A stretch of 62,764 nt of DNA, filler included, from 23 parts of 23 records of this genome joined end to end with filler, not necessarily neighbours in it, one strand, 5' to 3'. Shown: positions 22,810 through 35,278, counted from the whole stretch's first letter. Translations and numbers: made by a program. Notes: generated from the letters alone by a model not told the origin.

Positions 22810-25066
22810 GTATGACATGCTGAAGAGAAACGAGGAACTGGAGTTTCAACGCAACAAAGACCGCTTCTTGCTCCTAAAGTGGGCTAGTAGCACGCTGAAC
22901 AACATGAGAATCGTCCCTCCTGATTCGTCCATAGCTCACCAGGTGGCCTTGGAGTACATAACGCGAATGGTACTCTGCGACAATCGCACACTCTATGCTG
23001 ATAGCGTACTGGGGACGGATTCACATACAGCCGTGTACAATGGCCTTGGTATACTCGGATGGGTCATTGGAGGGATCGAGGCGGAAGCGATCATGCTCGG
23101 ACAGACCACGTTGGTTAAACTTCCTTCCGTTTTAGGCTATAAAATCACAGGCTGTCTCCATCCTTTGGTTACGTCGACAGACATTATTCTATCAATAACC
23201 AAACACCTACGAAATGCCAAAGCACGTGGACATTTTGTCGAGTTTTTCGGGCCTGGGCTGTCGCATTTGTCAGTAGGTGATCGCGTAACGATTGCCAATA
23301 TGTGTCCTGAATATGGAGCCGTCGTTGGATATTTTCCAGTCGATGACGTTACGTTGGAGTATCTAGGCCAAACTGGAATCGACGACAAGAAGATGGAAAT
23401 AATCACGACGTATCTGAAAGAAATTAAGTTATATCACCGGCAAGATTTCGCTGTTCCCGCATATACAGAGGTGCTCGAAATGGATTTGTCTTCCATTACG
23501 CCTGCTATAAGTGCACCGAAATGCATGCGCAAACGTTTGTCGTTGACCGGCCTACAGAAAGACTTCCAGACATGTTTGAAATCAAGGCTGGATCCTGACG
23601 ATGATGAAAGTGTCGGAGATATAATAGAGCATAGTCGCATTCCCTTACTGTTAGATGATGTGAAGTGTTCGTTAACACACGGAGACGTGTTGGTAGCATC
23701 CATGACCAGCTGCACGAATAACAGCAATCCGTCCGTGCTGCTCGCTGCCGGACTTCTAGCTAAAAACTCGGTCGACGCTGGTCTAGCCATCAAACCTTAC
23801 ACCAACACCAGTCTGAATCCAGGCTCCGGCATTGTGACATACTACTTAAAGCATGGTGGTGTCCTGCCCTATTTGGAAACGCTCGGGTTTGACATAGTTG
23901 GTTTTGGCTGCATGACGTGCATCAGTAATGGTGCTCCGTTGTCTGACAGTATATTAGATGCGGTTAACGACGGAGAGCTTGTCGTCTGCGGTGTTTTGTC
24001 CGGTAATAGAAACGTCATCGACAGAATACACCCTATAGTGTCGGCTAACTATTTGGTAGCGCCGACGCTCGTTATTGCCTATGCATTGGCCGGTACGGTT
24101 GCGATTGACTTTGAAAGTACACCTCTTGGAATTGGCCGTGACGATCGTCCGGTATATCTGCGCGATATCCTGCCGTCGAAATCGCAAGTTCATGACGTGG
24201 AAGTCCAGTACGTGATTCCGCAAATGTTTCGTGATGTATGCGCGAAAATTGCCAAAGGCGAAAAGCGTTGGAATAAGCTGGAAGAGCCTGAAGGTGAACT
24301 ATATCCTTTCGATTCGAGATCCACTTTTATCAAAATGCCTTCGTTTTTCGATGGCATGACGAAAGTGCTTCCGAGCTTAGACATCGTCGATGCATACGTC
24401 TTGTTAAACCTGGGCGATAACATCACGACCGACCATATATCACCAGCTGGAAGCATCGCAAGAAGTAGCGCTGCAGCTCGCTACCTGACGGCAATGGGTT
24501 TGGCGCCCAGAGAGTTCAGCTCGTACGGAGCGAGGCGCGGTAACGACGCCGTCATGGCAAGAGGCACATTTGCCAACTTGCAACTTCAAAACAAGTTTGT
24601 TAAAAAGCCCGGGCCTAGAACTGTTCATCATCCGTCTGGAGAGGAAATGGATATTTACGATGCTGCGGAGCGTTATTGCCATGAAAGCAGTCCCGTCATT
24701 ATTTTGGCCGGTAAAAATTACGGTGGAGGAACCCACCGCGATTGGTCGATAAAAGGACCGTATTTGTTAGGCGTAAAGGCCGTGATCGCAGAAAGCTTTG
24801 ACCAAACTTACAGAAGCGGCTTAGTCAACATGGGTGTTCTACCTCTTCAATATGAAACTGGCCTGAACACTCACTTACTGAATATTTCCGGAAGGGAAGG
24901 GTTTACCATTGTTATACCTAGCGACTTGAAACCCAAGCAGCTTTTGAACGTTAGACTTAGCGATGGCCGTCTGTTTAAGGCTACAAGTCGGATTGATAAC
25001 GCTGTAGAACTTGAATACTTCAGACACGGCGGCATAATGCAATATGCTATAAGGAAAGCGTTGTGA
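22810..25066 (+). CDS. Iron regulatory protein / cytosolic aconitase family member (ACO1/IREB2-like), divergent, N-terminus missing
   Basis: GTDSHT, GGIEAEA, IANMCPEYGA, TSCTN, GCMTCI, LSGNRN, TTDHISPAG, RRGND, and C-terminal EYFRHGGI. Acceptor-like tattatag at 22808-22809. Confidence 0.92.
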
Positions 25067-27341
25067 AANNNNNNNNNNNNNNNNNNNNNNNNNNNNNNNN
25101 NNNNNNNNNNNNTTAATTAATTAANNNNNNNNNNNNNNNNNNNNNNNNNNNNNNNNNNNNNNNNNNNNGACAGCCATGGCGAACCTTCTTTCAATAATAT
25201 TTTCTATTTTAATTGCACGATATGATGACCGCACTTCAAAAGGCCTTAACACCATGGAAAATTTCGTATATAGAAAAGCTTAGATGGGTTAAAACTTTTT
25301 ATGGTTGCATAACATGACTCATCAGCCCTTGGAAAAGAAGTTTGAAGGTTTAGTGATGTGGTTCATACGGGAGATACCGATTAAGCCATTGAGCAATAAA
25401 GTATAAAAACGTGTTTTAAGAAGAGCTACATATTTGCTGAAAACAGCAGTTCTTTGACAATACGGAATTTCGAGAGATATCTGTTAGGAAGATAGGAGGT
25501 GGCACACCTTGCCATCACATGCAAAAATTAGAAAAGCGGAGGTATGCCAAATGACAAAGCACCAGATGGTACAAGGGACAGATTGACAAATAAAAGGACA
25601 GAAGGGCAAACAATGTCGCGAACATCAGCATCTGACACGGCAACAGAATAAGAAGATTATGGTGGATTACTGTGTTTCTGAGCGAAGTTCGGCTCGCTGA
25701 CATCACAGCTGATGGTGTAAATATGTGGAATTGTGGATACAAGAGGCAATATACAGGCATAATCGTTTTCGATCAGCTGTTCTTGGCGTAAAGTCATTTT
25801 ACCCTTTCTCTCACCTGTGGCACAAGATCATGTTGTCGTTTGAGTAGATGGTCAAACCAGTGGAGTGTACATTGCGACATCAGCCGATGAGCGAACTATT
25901 GTCTTGTGTAGTCACGGATATTGGTGTTTTGGATCCTGACTGTGACGATTGACTCTGAATGGTTCAAAGTACTCTGTTGTCAAACAAATCGATTTTTCTT
26001 GTGGAGTGGTTTTTGTGAGAGGTCACATTTTTATCGTTGTAGCAGAACCAACAGAACTGAGGAGTTGCATACTCGGGGCTTCGTTTACAACTATTGAGTC
26101 TATGGCAGGCAGTGGTTTGCAAATATATTTCCTAACATCTGCAGAAATGCTATGTCTCCGGTAAGTGTTGGTGGCTATATGGATCACAGATAGACATTGA
26201 CTTCTTCATAACATATCTGGCTAAGATGATGGACTTGCACCACCCCCCAATAAAAATTAGCTTACTTAAGTGACATCACGCTCTCTGCCAAAGACTAATG
26301 AACGCGCCCCGAACCATTCACTCTACAGCATTATGCTGAGAAACACCATAACGTTACAGTAGAATGCTTGAGGCTAACACACAATCAATAACGTTATTGC
26401 TAATCATCAGCAGTATACAGATCTGTGCCTGTTCCATACATTAACAGCATTCATCAGCCTACTAGGACATGTACTATAGCATGTTGCTAAAAAGCCAAAA
26501 CTGACCGTACGCTTGATACTTGTGATTTCTCAAGTAGAAAATGTTAGCAAAGCACAATCCAGCAACCGTAATGTTACACATTGTTTTGGTTGAGGTTACG
26601 CGTTAGTCACGTGGCATTGCTAACGGAAATGATTGATACATGTACACCGTGAAAGGCTTTAAAATGATGCATCAAGCGTGAAATGAAAGGAAAACACATT
26701 GTTACTGCATGTATAAAGCACCAATATTGTGGATGGCTGTGAATACTGAAGTAGAGTATTTGTAAATCACGCATGCATGTTTTTGTCAATATGAGCCTTT
26801 CAGTAAGAGCTGTATGCAGGCGGCAGACATAACCCTGACAAATTTCATAATCACCACTGGCTTGAAATCAAAAGTAACCTGTATAAAATATACATTAATT
26901 TTAATGACAGTCGGCTCATTACAGACGGCATGGTCACATAAAGTATTTATTGATTACAAATCATCCCAACAATCCATGATCATAGACTTATTCCCACCGT
27001 ACTACTATACGAGGTAAAACACTGGGTTTAATTCTGTCTTGTCGGCACGAGATGCACCCATCTACATGTAATTGCACTTAATAATTATAAGAATGCTGGA
27101 AAAAGCATTTAAATAGTAACTAATGTCCTGAGCTGACAGACCTAAGTGGATTTCTCCATACCCAATGGCGTAGATTGCTGTTGGGGATGGAGGGGGGTCG
27201 TTATAACCAGACGTTTTCGCCGTTCGGATTCACACCTGCANNNNNNNNNNNNNNNNNNNNNNNNNNNNNNNNNNNNNNNNNNNNTTAATTAATTAANNNN
27301 NNNNNNNNNNNNNNNNNNNNNNNNNNNNNNNNNNNNNNNNC

Positions 27342-29751
27342 AGCATTTTTCTGCCTCGCACTTTAACTGGACATTCGCAAAAAGAGACCCCACCTATTCC
27401 CTTAAAAGAATCTAGCAAAGAAATCCCTTCTATCTCACGTAACAAATTGGCAACAGAAATAAATCCTGTCAGAAAAGAAAAAGAGAAATACTCCCCAAGT
27501 TCAGTTAAAGAATCAAGGGAGAAGGCTCCTACTGTGTCTACAAAACAGGCAGAACAAGAAATCAAGGCCAAGAGCAAGAGTCACAGGACAAAGAAACCTA
27601 AAGGGGTTAAGTTGTCGCATATTGATAACTTATTAGCGGATAGTGAGGATGATCGAGATATTTTAACGGATAGCGTAAGTCACATTGACAGTAGTTCAGT
27701 CATAACTAATGAAGAGAATGAGATCATCGGAAGAAAAATGGCCGAAAAACTGTCGGTGCCACCAACTAATAACACAAGCGCCGTTACCATGAAGGAAAGT
27801 GGCGGTACAGACACGACTGTTACCCAGACTAGCGAAAGTGACAACAGTTTACCCACAACACCGCACAAGTATACAAGTTTAGCAAATAACATTGTGTCGC
27901 CGAGTACGCGTGTGAAAATGCTTGCTGCTTTTATTCGTAATTGCAAGACTGAATCCAACAAAAGGAGTACAGATAGTCTTAAAAACGAGCTTCCAGCGAG
28001 TCTTTATGACGGTGTAGACAATGAGAATGCGTCAAATGTGGCCTCAAACGTTAATACTCTTGTTGACTCGAATAGTGTTTCCAAAATTGACAAAAACTCG
28101 GATTCACATAGCGATATGTTATCTACTTCCTCAGGAAAGGAATTGGAGTCCACATCCTCTGGATCTCACGATGCTCGAGATGTATCTGCTCAGACAGACG
28201 TTAACTTACAATCAGGCCAGCACGAGTTGACACAAAAATCCTCAATGCCAGACGCACTGCCCAATCCTGAAGCAACTAATGAGCTGTGGACGTCAGAACA
28301 AGAGACAGATACGTCAACTATTGTTACAAAAGGGGATTCAAGTGTGTCTGAAACAACGACGACACCGCTTGAAGATGTCACCAGCGATGCCGAACCAGAA
28401 TCAAACAGCACATTGTTTGAGCTTATCAAGGCCGAAATAGACAAGGATGAGCGGGATGTTGACATCGAACTTCCGAAGGCACAAGAAAAATTGGAAGTAC
28501 ACTCAGACTATGCAGAGGAGCATCGTAATATATTTGAGCAAACTGCAGGGCAGTTGACTAACATCGCACCTGCGGAATCTGAGAAATTCGAGTACATAGC
28601 TGTTTTGACTTCTTCAAATGACCAGAAAAGCAGCCCAGCACCGGAACATGAGACCACAAAACCCAGCCTTGGTCAAGTGTTCACTGATGAAGAAAAGCCT
28701 TTAGAAACTGATTGTTTGCCTTCTTTAGATCCTGCAAAAAGTGCATCAATGGAGTCTGCGAATTTACACAGTAATAAAGAAATTCCTTCCTACAAAGATC
28801 CTAAAGTTGTCACTCCCATTAGTAAAGAGAAGGGCAGTGAAGACTCTGTTGTTATGGAAATGACCAAGGCTGCATCTGTTGCCTTGGATACAGAGTCCGA
28901 CTCGGGTAACAACACCGATAAAGGCTTCAGCTCATCAGGACTAAAATCTCCATCGCTGAAGTTAACAGATTGTATGGGGCTAAGCAAAATTACTACACCA
29001 CCAAAGCGACGAGCCATTAAGCGGAAAAGAACTCAAAGTGTGCAGCGCAAAGTCAGTGAAAAAGATGTCGGAGATAGCAGCGAAGACACAGCGACGGAAA
29101 GCCAGGCATCTAGCAGGAGACGTAGCAGTCGTATCCAATCTTTGGAAGAACAAAATAAAATTAAACAAGAGGAGGAAGAAGCATGCAGGCGAGACGATGA
29201 ATGGAGAAAGGAGGAGGACAAAAAACCGACAGAAGATGTGCCAGAAAAGAAGACACAAACCGAAGAAACCGAGGAAAACAAGACAGACGAAAGCAAAACT
29301 GGAGAAAAGAAGAGGAAGCGAGGAAGACCGAAATTAGTAACCAAGCTTGAATCATCTGTGGAAGATACGAAAAAGGAAGAAGTCAAGCCGCAGGTGATTG
29401 CCGAGCCGCTTGTCCATTTTAAAACTGGTAAAAATGTAACGCAGGCTAAGGAAGCGTTCTTTGTACCACCCCCACCATCGGAAACAATGCCTACGGTTGC
29501 ATCAGCACCTGCAGTAGAAACAGCGCCACGGCCTACAGCACCTACAACGCCAGCGGTAGAAATTGCAAAGGTAGAAACAACTCCGCGACCTATGAAGGTC
29601 AAATCCCGATGGCGAGCCACTCTCGAAGAGCAAGGCATCAATGTAACAGCACAAAACCCGGACGTACAACCAAACATCACTCCAGAAATTAAGTTGGAGG
29701 TGGCGTTTGGTAGTCAAACAAAGTTGAAGGATAACCTGTGGGAAAATAGCG
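27342..29751 (+). CDS. Large low-complexity coding segment, probably SETD2/Set2 N-terminal region
   Basis: About 800 open codons rich in S/E/K/T. RRRSSRI, AT-hook-like KRKRGRPK and PMKVKSRWR, a motif I recall from invertebrate Set2 proteins. No SET domain in the contig. Confidence 0.5.
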
Positions 29752-29851
29752 NNNNNNNNNNNNNNNNNNNNNNNNNNNNNNNNNNNNNNNNNNNNTTAAT
29801 TAATTAANNNNNNNNNNNNNNNNNNNNNNNNNNNNNNNNNNNNNNNNNNNN

Positions 29852-32131
29852 ACCTCCCTGGCATTCATCATATCTGGTGGGTTACCAGGCCCATTTAGGT
29901 GGCGTCCAAACATTAGTTCGGCTGGTGACATGCCGATGGTGCGGTGTACAGCAGAGTTGTGCGCATATTGAAACTTCTTAAGGTTTGTATCCCACTTTCG
30001 ATGATCATCCCTTACATCTGCAGCTAGCATTGCCTTTAGATCCCGGTTGATCCTTTCCGTCCAGTTAGCCTGGGGATGATAAGGAGTGGTGAACAATTGT
30101 TCGACATGCCAATCCTTGCACACGTTCCGCACTACTCTTGAAGTTAAATTAGTTCCATTATCACTTAATAACTTGCGTGGAGGACCGATGGTACTAAAGA
30201 CTTCTCGTTCTAGGATTAATGCGATGTCTATCCCTCTGGCTCGTCGTAGTGGGTATATCAATGCAAACTTCGTAAAGTAATCCAGGAGTACCAGTATGAA
30301 CTGATGTCCGGCATAGCTCTTTGTTAGTGGACCCATTAGGTCATAACCCACAAGTTCCCATGGGTTTTCAGTAGAGTATGACATCATGTATCCCTCGGGC
30401 TTGGTGTACTTCGGTTTAGTTTGTTGGCACCGTTTACACCGTCGAACATATGTCCGAACGTATTCCCTCATCTTCGGAAATGTGAACGAGCGTTGCACCC
30501 TGACAAGAGTTTTTTTCCACCCAAAGTGACCTGCAGAGGGTAGATCATGAAGATGGTATACTACTGTGGTCCTTAAGTTATCTGGTATGGCGATCTTCCA
30601 GTCGTCCTTTACTTTCTTGTAAAGTATTCCATCCTTAAGACAATGGTCAGTAGCATCTTTCTCATCTCTTGGCTGTAGAAATAGGCGATCCCGTATCATA
30701 CGTAGAGCTGGATCTTCCTCTTGCTTCTCTATAATGATTTGTTTAGAGAGCTTTGGTGTGGGTTCTTCGGGTACATGTAGTTGCGGTCCACAGTTATTGC
30801 AGTGGTATACATCCATTTCCTTTACCTCGTCTGGGGTGATACCCTCACAAAACATGTGAAACCACCCTTGGCAAGCGTCACATTGCACCCAATCTGTAAT
30901 AGGGTTGGTTGCCTCATTGATGTTGCATCTTATCGAAGCACATTGCTCATTTTCTGTATCCACAACACCAACTATGTATGCCGGTGGTACCGGAATGCGC
31001 GACAGTGCATCGGCGACTACGTTCTTTGCTCCAGGGTAATATTTCACGACAAATTGAAAGTCCTGGATGCGTAACACCCATCGAGCTTGTCTCGATGACA
31101 GGCTTACTTTCTTGAAGAGGTGACAAAGTGCTTGATGGTCGGTAAACACTGTGTTGCAGTGACCTTCCAAGTAGTGTCTCCACTTTTCTAAGGCCCAAAT
31201 GACTGCCAGGCACTCTCTTTCAGTAGCGCTGTAGTTTCTCTCGGCAGATGATAGTGATCGGCTAGCATATTCAATGACCCTCAATCTATCATCTTGTTGT
31301 TGTGCGAGAAGTGCACCCAAGCCTACCTCACTGGCATCTGTGTAGATGTCGAAGGGGTTTCCTGGATCAGGATATCCCAGCAGACATGTATCCAACAGAG
31401 CATTCTTAAGCTTTTGGAATGAATCTTCGCATTTGTCATCCCAATGCCAGTTTTTCTTTAAACGTGCATCTTTCTTCTTTAGCTCATTCAATGGATACAT
31501 TAGCAAAGAGCAATTCGGAATGAAGCGCCGAAACCAATTTACCATTCCTAAGAACCTTTCAAGCTCTTTAATGTTTCCAGGAGTTGGGTAATTTCTTACT
31601 ACTTCTACTTTCTTTGGATCTGCCTCAATCCCAGTATCGGAGATAATGTGACCAAGATACTTTAGCCGCCGGAAGCAGAATTGACTTTTTTCTGGTGACA
31701 CAGTTAACCCTGCCTTGCGAAGCAAGAGTAGAACTCTTCGGATGTCCTCAAAGTGTTGTTCAACTGATTTTGAAAATATCACTATGTCATCAAGATAGGT
31801 GTAGCAGCATCGCCCAATTTCTGGTCGTAGTACTTTCTCCATCAGTCGCATGAAACTTGCAGGACCATTAATTGGACCTAATGGCAATACATTCCACTGG
31901 AACAGACCCTCGCTACATATGAAGGCTGTCTTTTCCTTATCACGGGGGTCAATTTCCATTTGGTGATAACCCATCTTCATATCCATTGTGGTGACAATTA
32001 TTGTACCATGCAAGGCTCCAATGATTTCATCGGCAGGTCGCATAGGATATGCATCTACTTTAGTCACACTATTGAGTTTCCGGTAATCTACCGTTAACCG
32101 GAAAGTGTCTCCCTTTGGAGGCATAACCACT
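29852..32131 (-). mobile_element. Ty3/gypsy LTR retrotransposon pol fragment (RT, RNase H, PHD finger, integrase)
   Basis: VDYRKLN, YLDD, YTDASEVGLGA, TERECLA, TDHQAL, ADALSR, HHCC zinc domain, and integrase core YDLMGP, SDNG, PQANWTER. Open throughout. Confidence 0.96.
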
Positions 32132-32688
32132 NNNNNNNNNNNNNNNNNNNNNNNNNNNNNNNNNNNNNNNNNNNNTTAATTAATTAANNNNNNNNNNNNN
32201 NNNNNNNNNNNNNNNNNNNNNNNNNNNNNNNACCAAGTTATCTGCTTTACGGAGAGTGTGTATGTTAGTAGTAATTAAATAATCTATTACGCAATGCGCT
32301 AACAAAAAGTCAACAGTATTTACAAACGAAATAGTGTAATAATGGTACATAATATAAGAGGCTTATGAGGTTCTACTATGATTTTCGAGAAATATTTTAC
32401 GAATTGGTAAAAAACTGGAATAATTTTTGTAATTTAAGAATGGTGTGACACAAGTCGATTGATATATCAAATTCACGTGACATAATAAACCTTTTGTGAT
32501 CAGATAAGAGCAACCATAAGTTTGTTAGCTATATGAATAGAAAGTATAGAGAGTAGATAAAATGTACAGCTTAATTTCGTTACTTGTAATGACATTTAGA
32601 CAAACGGTATCTTAGTGATACATCGCAAACATAAAACCGTTTACTATTAAGTTGACCAACACTGCAGTAGCCTATGTTCGTAATAGAC

Positions 32689-32797
32689 CAGGAGCCCGCG
32701 ACGAAACAACTACCCCACAAGATACAGAAGGCTTGGGCGCCTCAAACACCCAAACCCTCTGCATCCCATGAGGCAACTACTTCGTCACGGGCTCCTG
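32689..32797 (-). ncRNA. Putative structured RNA: uninterrupted 51-bp hairpin with 14 G-U pairs
   Basis: 32689-32739 pairs with 32747-32797 without gaps: 37 Watson-Crick pairs and 14 mismatches, all G-U on the minus strand. Confidence 0.7.
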
Positions 32798-33405
32798 CTC
32801 CATAAGTGAGAGATGCATAAGTTTATTGCATTTACTGTGAATACTGATATACGCGTATAGTTAGCTATGGTATATAGACATCTTTCCTAACAAGTTTATC
32901 ACTTGGCGTCACCGTTTAGGCCTATACCTAAGCACATTATAATTCATATATATGTATATTAACCATGGTTCTGCAAATATGCTTCACAGTGATTTGTACC
33001 AACGCCTATTTAATTGAAAATATGCAGTGCTATATAGGCCAACTGAACACTCGCGTGTAGCTTATTATCATGAAATACACAGGGCATCCCCAAAAAATCC
33101 ACACCCACTGCACAGCACACGCTGTGCCGAGGGGGCAGACATTCCGGGACACCTGGTACAAAATGCAACTTCAGTAAACCATATATTCGTACATGTGTAC
33201 AAAACCAGAAAAATTGGATAATAAAGCAAGCAGTAGGCTGCGTTGGACAGCAGTTCTTTGTAGCAACCAGCATAACCAGCAAATAACACAAAATTAAAAT
33301 GTCATGAAGTAGTAATAAGTAAATATATGCTACGTGTATGTGGCACTATAAAAACAGGAACAATAGTCACTAAAATGGAGTGAAAAAAAATAAAGATGAA
33401 AAAAC

Positions 33406-33487
33406 TTTCACTATGCGGACTCGAACCCAGGTTTTAGTATACAGTAACATTGGAAGTCGGACGTCTTAACCATTGCGCCACAGTGAC
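33406..33487 (-). pseudogene. tRNA-derived Pol III-like unit (pseudo-tRNA or SINE head)
   Basis: A box TGGCGCAATGG and B box GGTTCGAGTCC; acceptor stem GTCACTG/TAGTGAA pairs 6/7; CTTCCAA loop (Gly-TCC-like); anticodon and T stems broken; T6 run just downstream. Confidence 0.68.
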
Positions 33488-34089
33488 AGTTGGCTATCGA
33501 TATTTCATGGGTATGAGTGACATTTTACTGCTGTATTACTTATTTCTATTTTTGTCAAACAGGCTTGCGGCTATGCGAGTACATGCAGGTATATTGTAGA
33601 TGTATGCAACTAGGCCACGCACACAAAGTTTCTCGGTTTATGTGAGTAATCCTGCGCCGTTAAGCTTGAGCATGGAAATGTGCGTGTTTATTGGCTATAG
33701 GCCCTACACTTCAATAATAATGCAATATGGTGGACATGTAGGCACCTTAGCAGATGTTACATGAGCTAACAACATGAAAGTTTGAAGTTGCATTAAATTG
33801 AAAATTACGCCTAGGCCTTCTGTACATAGAAGCCTACATGTAGAACAGGGCAACATGCCTAATAATAAAAAAGTAAACGCCAAAAAGTACTGCATGTAAT
33901 AATCTACACTATGTTGCATATTTAAAAATTGCCTGCAGTTTAATGGTGCGCACAGCTCGCAAGCAGCTAATAATTTCACACGCACGCAGAAAAAATATTA
34001 CATTGGTTGACTGACAAAAAAGACGAATAGTGACGTGCATTTTAGTTGTATAAAGATAGGCCTATGGAAATTTCTTTATATAGAGCACA

Positions 34090-34519
34090 TTACTTAAACT
34101 GCTCGATATCCTGCAGTCTTTTTATCTGTGTAATTTTGCCTTCATTGTTCTTAACAAGGATTCGACCGTCCGAAGTCCAAGTCCCCTGGATTTTTGTTGC
34201 CCTCAGCAGCTTTCGGCACTCAAAGAACAGGTTACTCCGGAACTGTGTTAAATCTTCCGATATGAAGACTTTCTTTGTGGCGTCATTCTTTTTCAGTGAA
34301 GACCGATTTTGGTACAACATCCGTCGTTTGTTGTACGTCACCAGCTTACATATGATGGCTCTAGGACGGGACACATCATTCGTCGGTTTTCCCACCCGGT
34401 GTGAGCGGCCTATGTCGGCGTCGGAAATATCGACTTTGATGGAACGGCACAAATCCAGCACCTTGGCGTCCGTACTCTCACCAGGGGTCTCCGGGATGCC
34501 CCATATGCGTACGGCGTTA
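34090..34519 (-). CDS. C-terminal part of an L1-ORF1p/Transposase_22-like protein (RRM plus CTD, also FP25K-like)
   Basis: NAVRIWGIPETPGEST...RSHRVGK...RPRAIICKL...VFISEDLT...WTSDGRILVK. Confidence 0.82.
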
Positions 34520-34814
34520 NNNNNNNNNNNNNNNNNNNNNNNNNNNNNNNNNNNNNNNNNNNNTTAATTAATTAANNNNNNNNNNNNNNNNNNNNNNNNN
34601 NNNNNNNNNNNNNNNNNNNGTATGCGCGACTTCCCGGTACCGAAATTGGGGTTGATGTAATGACCTTATGTGGTCATTTTTTAAGGTACAAAAAGAAAAC
34701 GTTACGGTCACATTACTTTATTGGTGTTTTACGAAGCGAAATTCCAATTCCAATTCAGTGGTTACCATTCATTAAATCTATTTTTCGCAAGCTTTCAGCC
34801 CATGAAGAAAACAC

Positions 34815-35278
34815 TATGTGGCATGAATACGTGCAGATTAACGCGACCATACATCCAAGATGGCCACCAGTTCCAGTAACCGATATGGGCAAGCGTGTCT
34901 CAAAAGCGGTTCATTTTCCAGTCTGCGGATGTAGTGCAAGGTTACCTATAGGACACCACGTGTTCTCTTTACGAATAGTCAGTTTCACTGTTTTTTGAGG
35001 TTATATGATGACGTCACAACCCCATTTTCAGCTTAAAGGCCGCCCTTAAGAATGACACATGCGAAAAACACGAACATCGCGGGCATGTTGACCCATACAA
35101 ATGTTTTTTGAAAACCGGCAATTCGTAAAGAGAATACGTGGTTTCCTATACCCTTGCAATACATCCCTAGACTGTAAAATGAGCCGTTTCTAAAATACGT
35201 GTGCCCATATCGGTTAATGGACAGCGCGGCCATCCTGGATTTATGGGCTCGTGAAAATGAAACTATGCATGCCACATA
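34815..35278. repeat. Inverted repeat with ~170-nt arms (MITE/foldback-like)
   Basis: 34815-34986 matches the reverse complement of 35110-35278 (shared tatgtggcatg, taaccgatatgggca, ttctctttacgaat), roughly three-quarters identical. Confidence 0.88.

Noticed and set aside
25169-27240. Possible decayed gene (beta-strand-like peptide pieces near 25700-26160)
   Set aside because: Frequent stops in all frames and no motif I can assign; left unannotated.
33068-33289. 73-aa ORF with CTRC and CSGC as a zinc ribbon
   Set aside because: Short, non-ATG start, no other support.
33406-33487. Functional tRNA-Gly(TCC)
   Set aside because: The anticodon stem has no 3' partner and the T stem pairs poorly; kept only as tRNA-derived.
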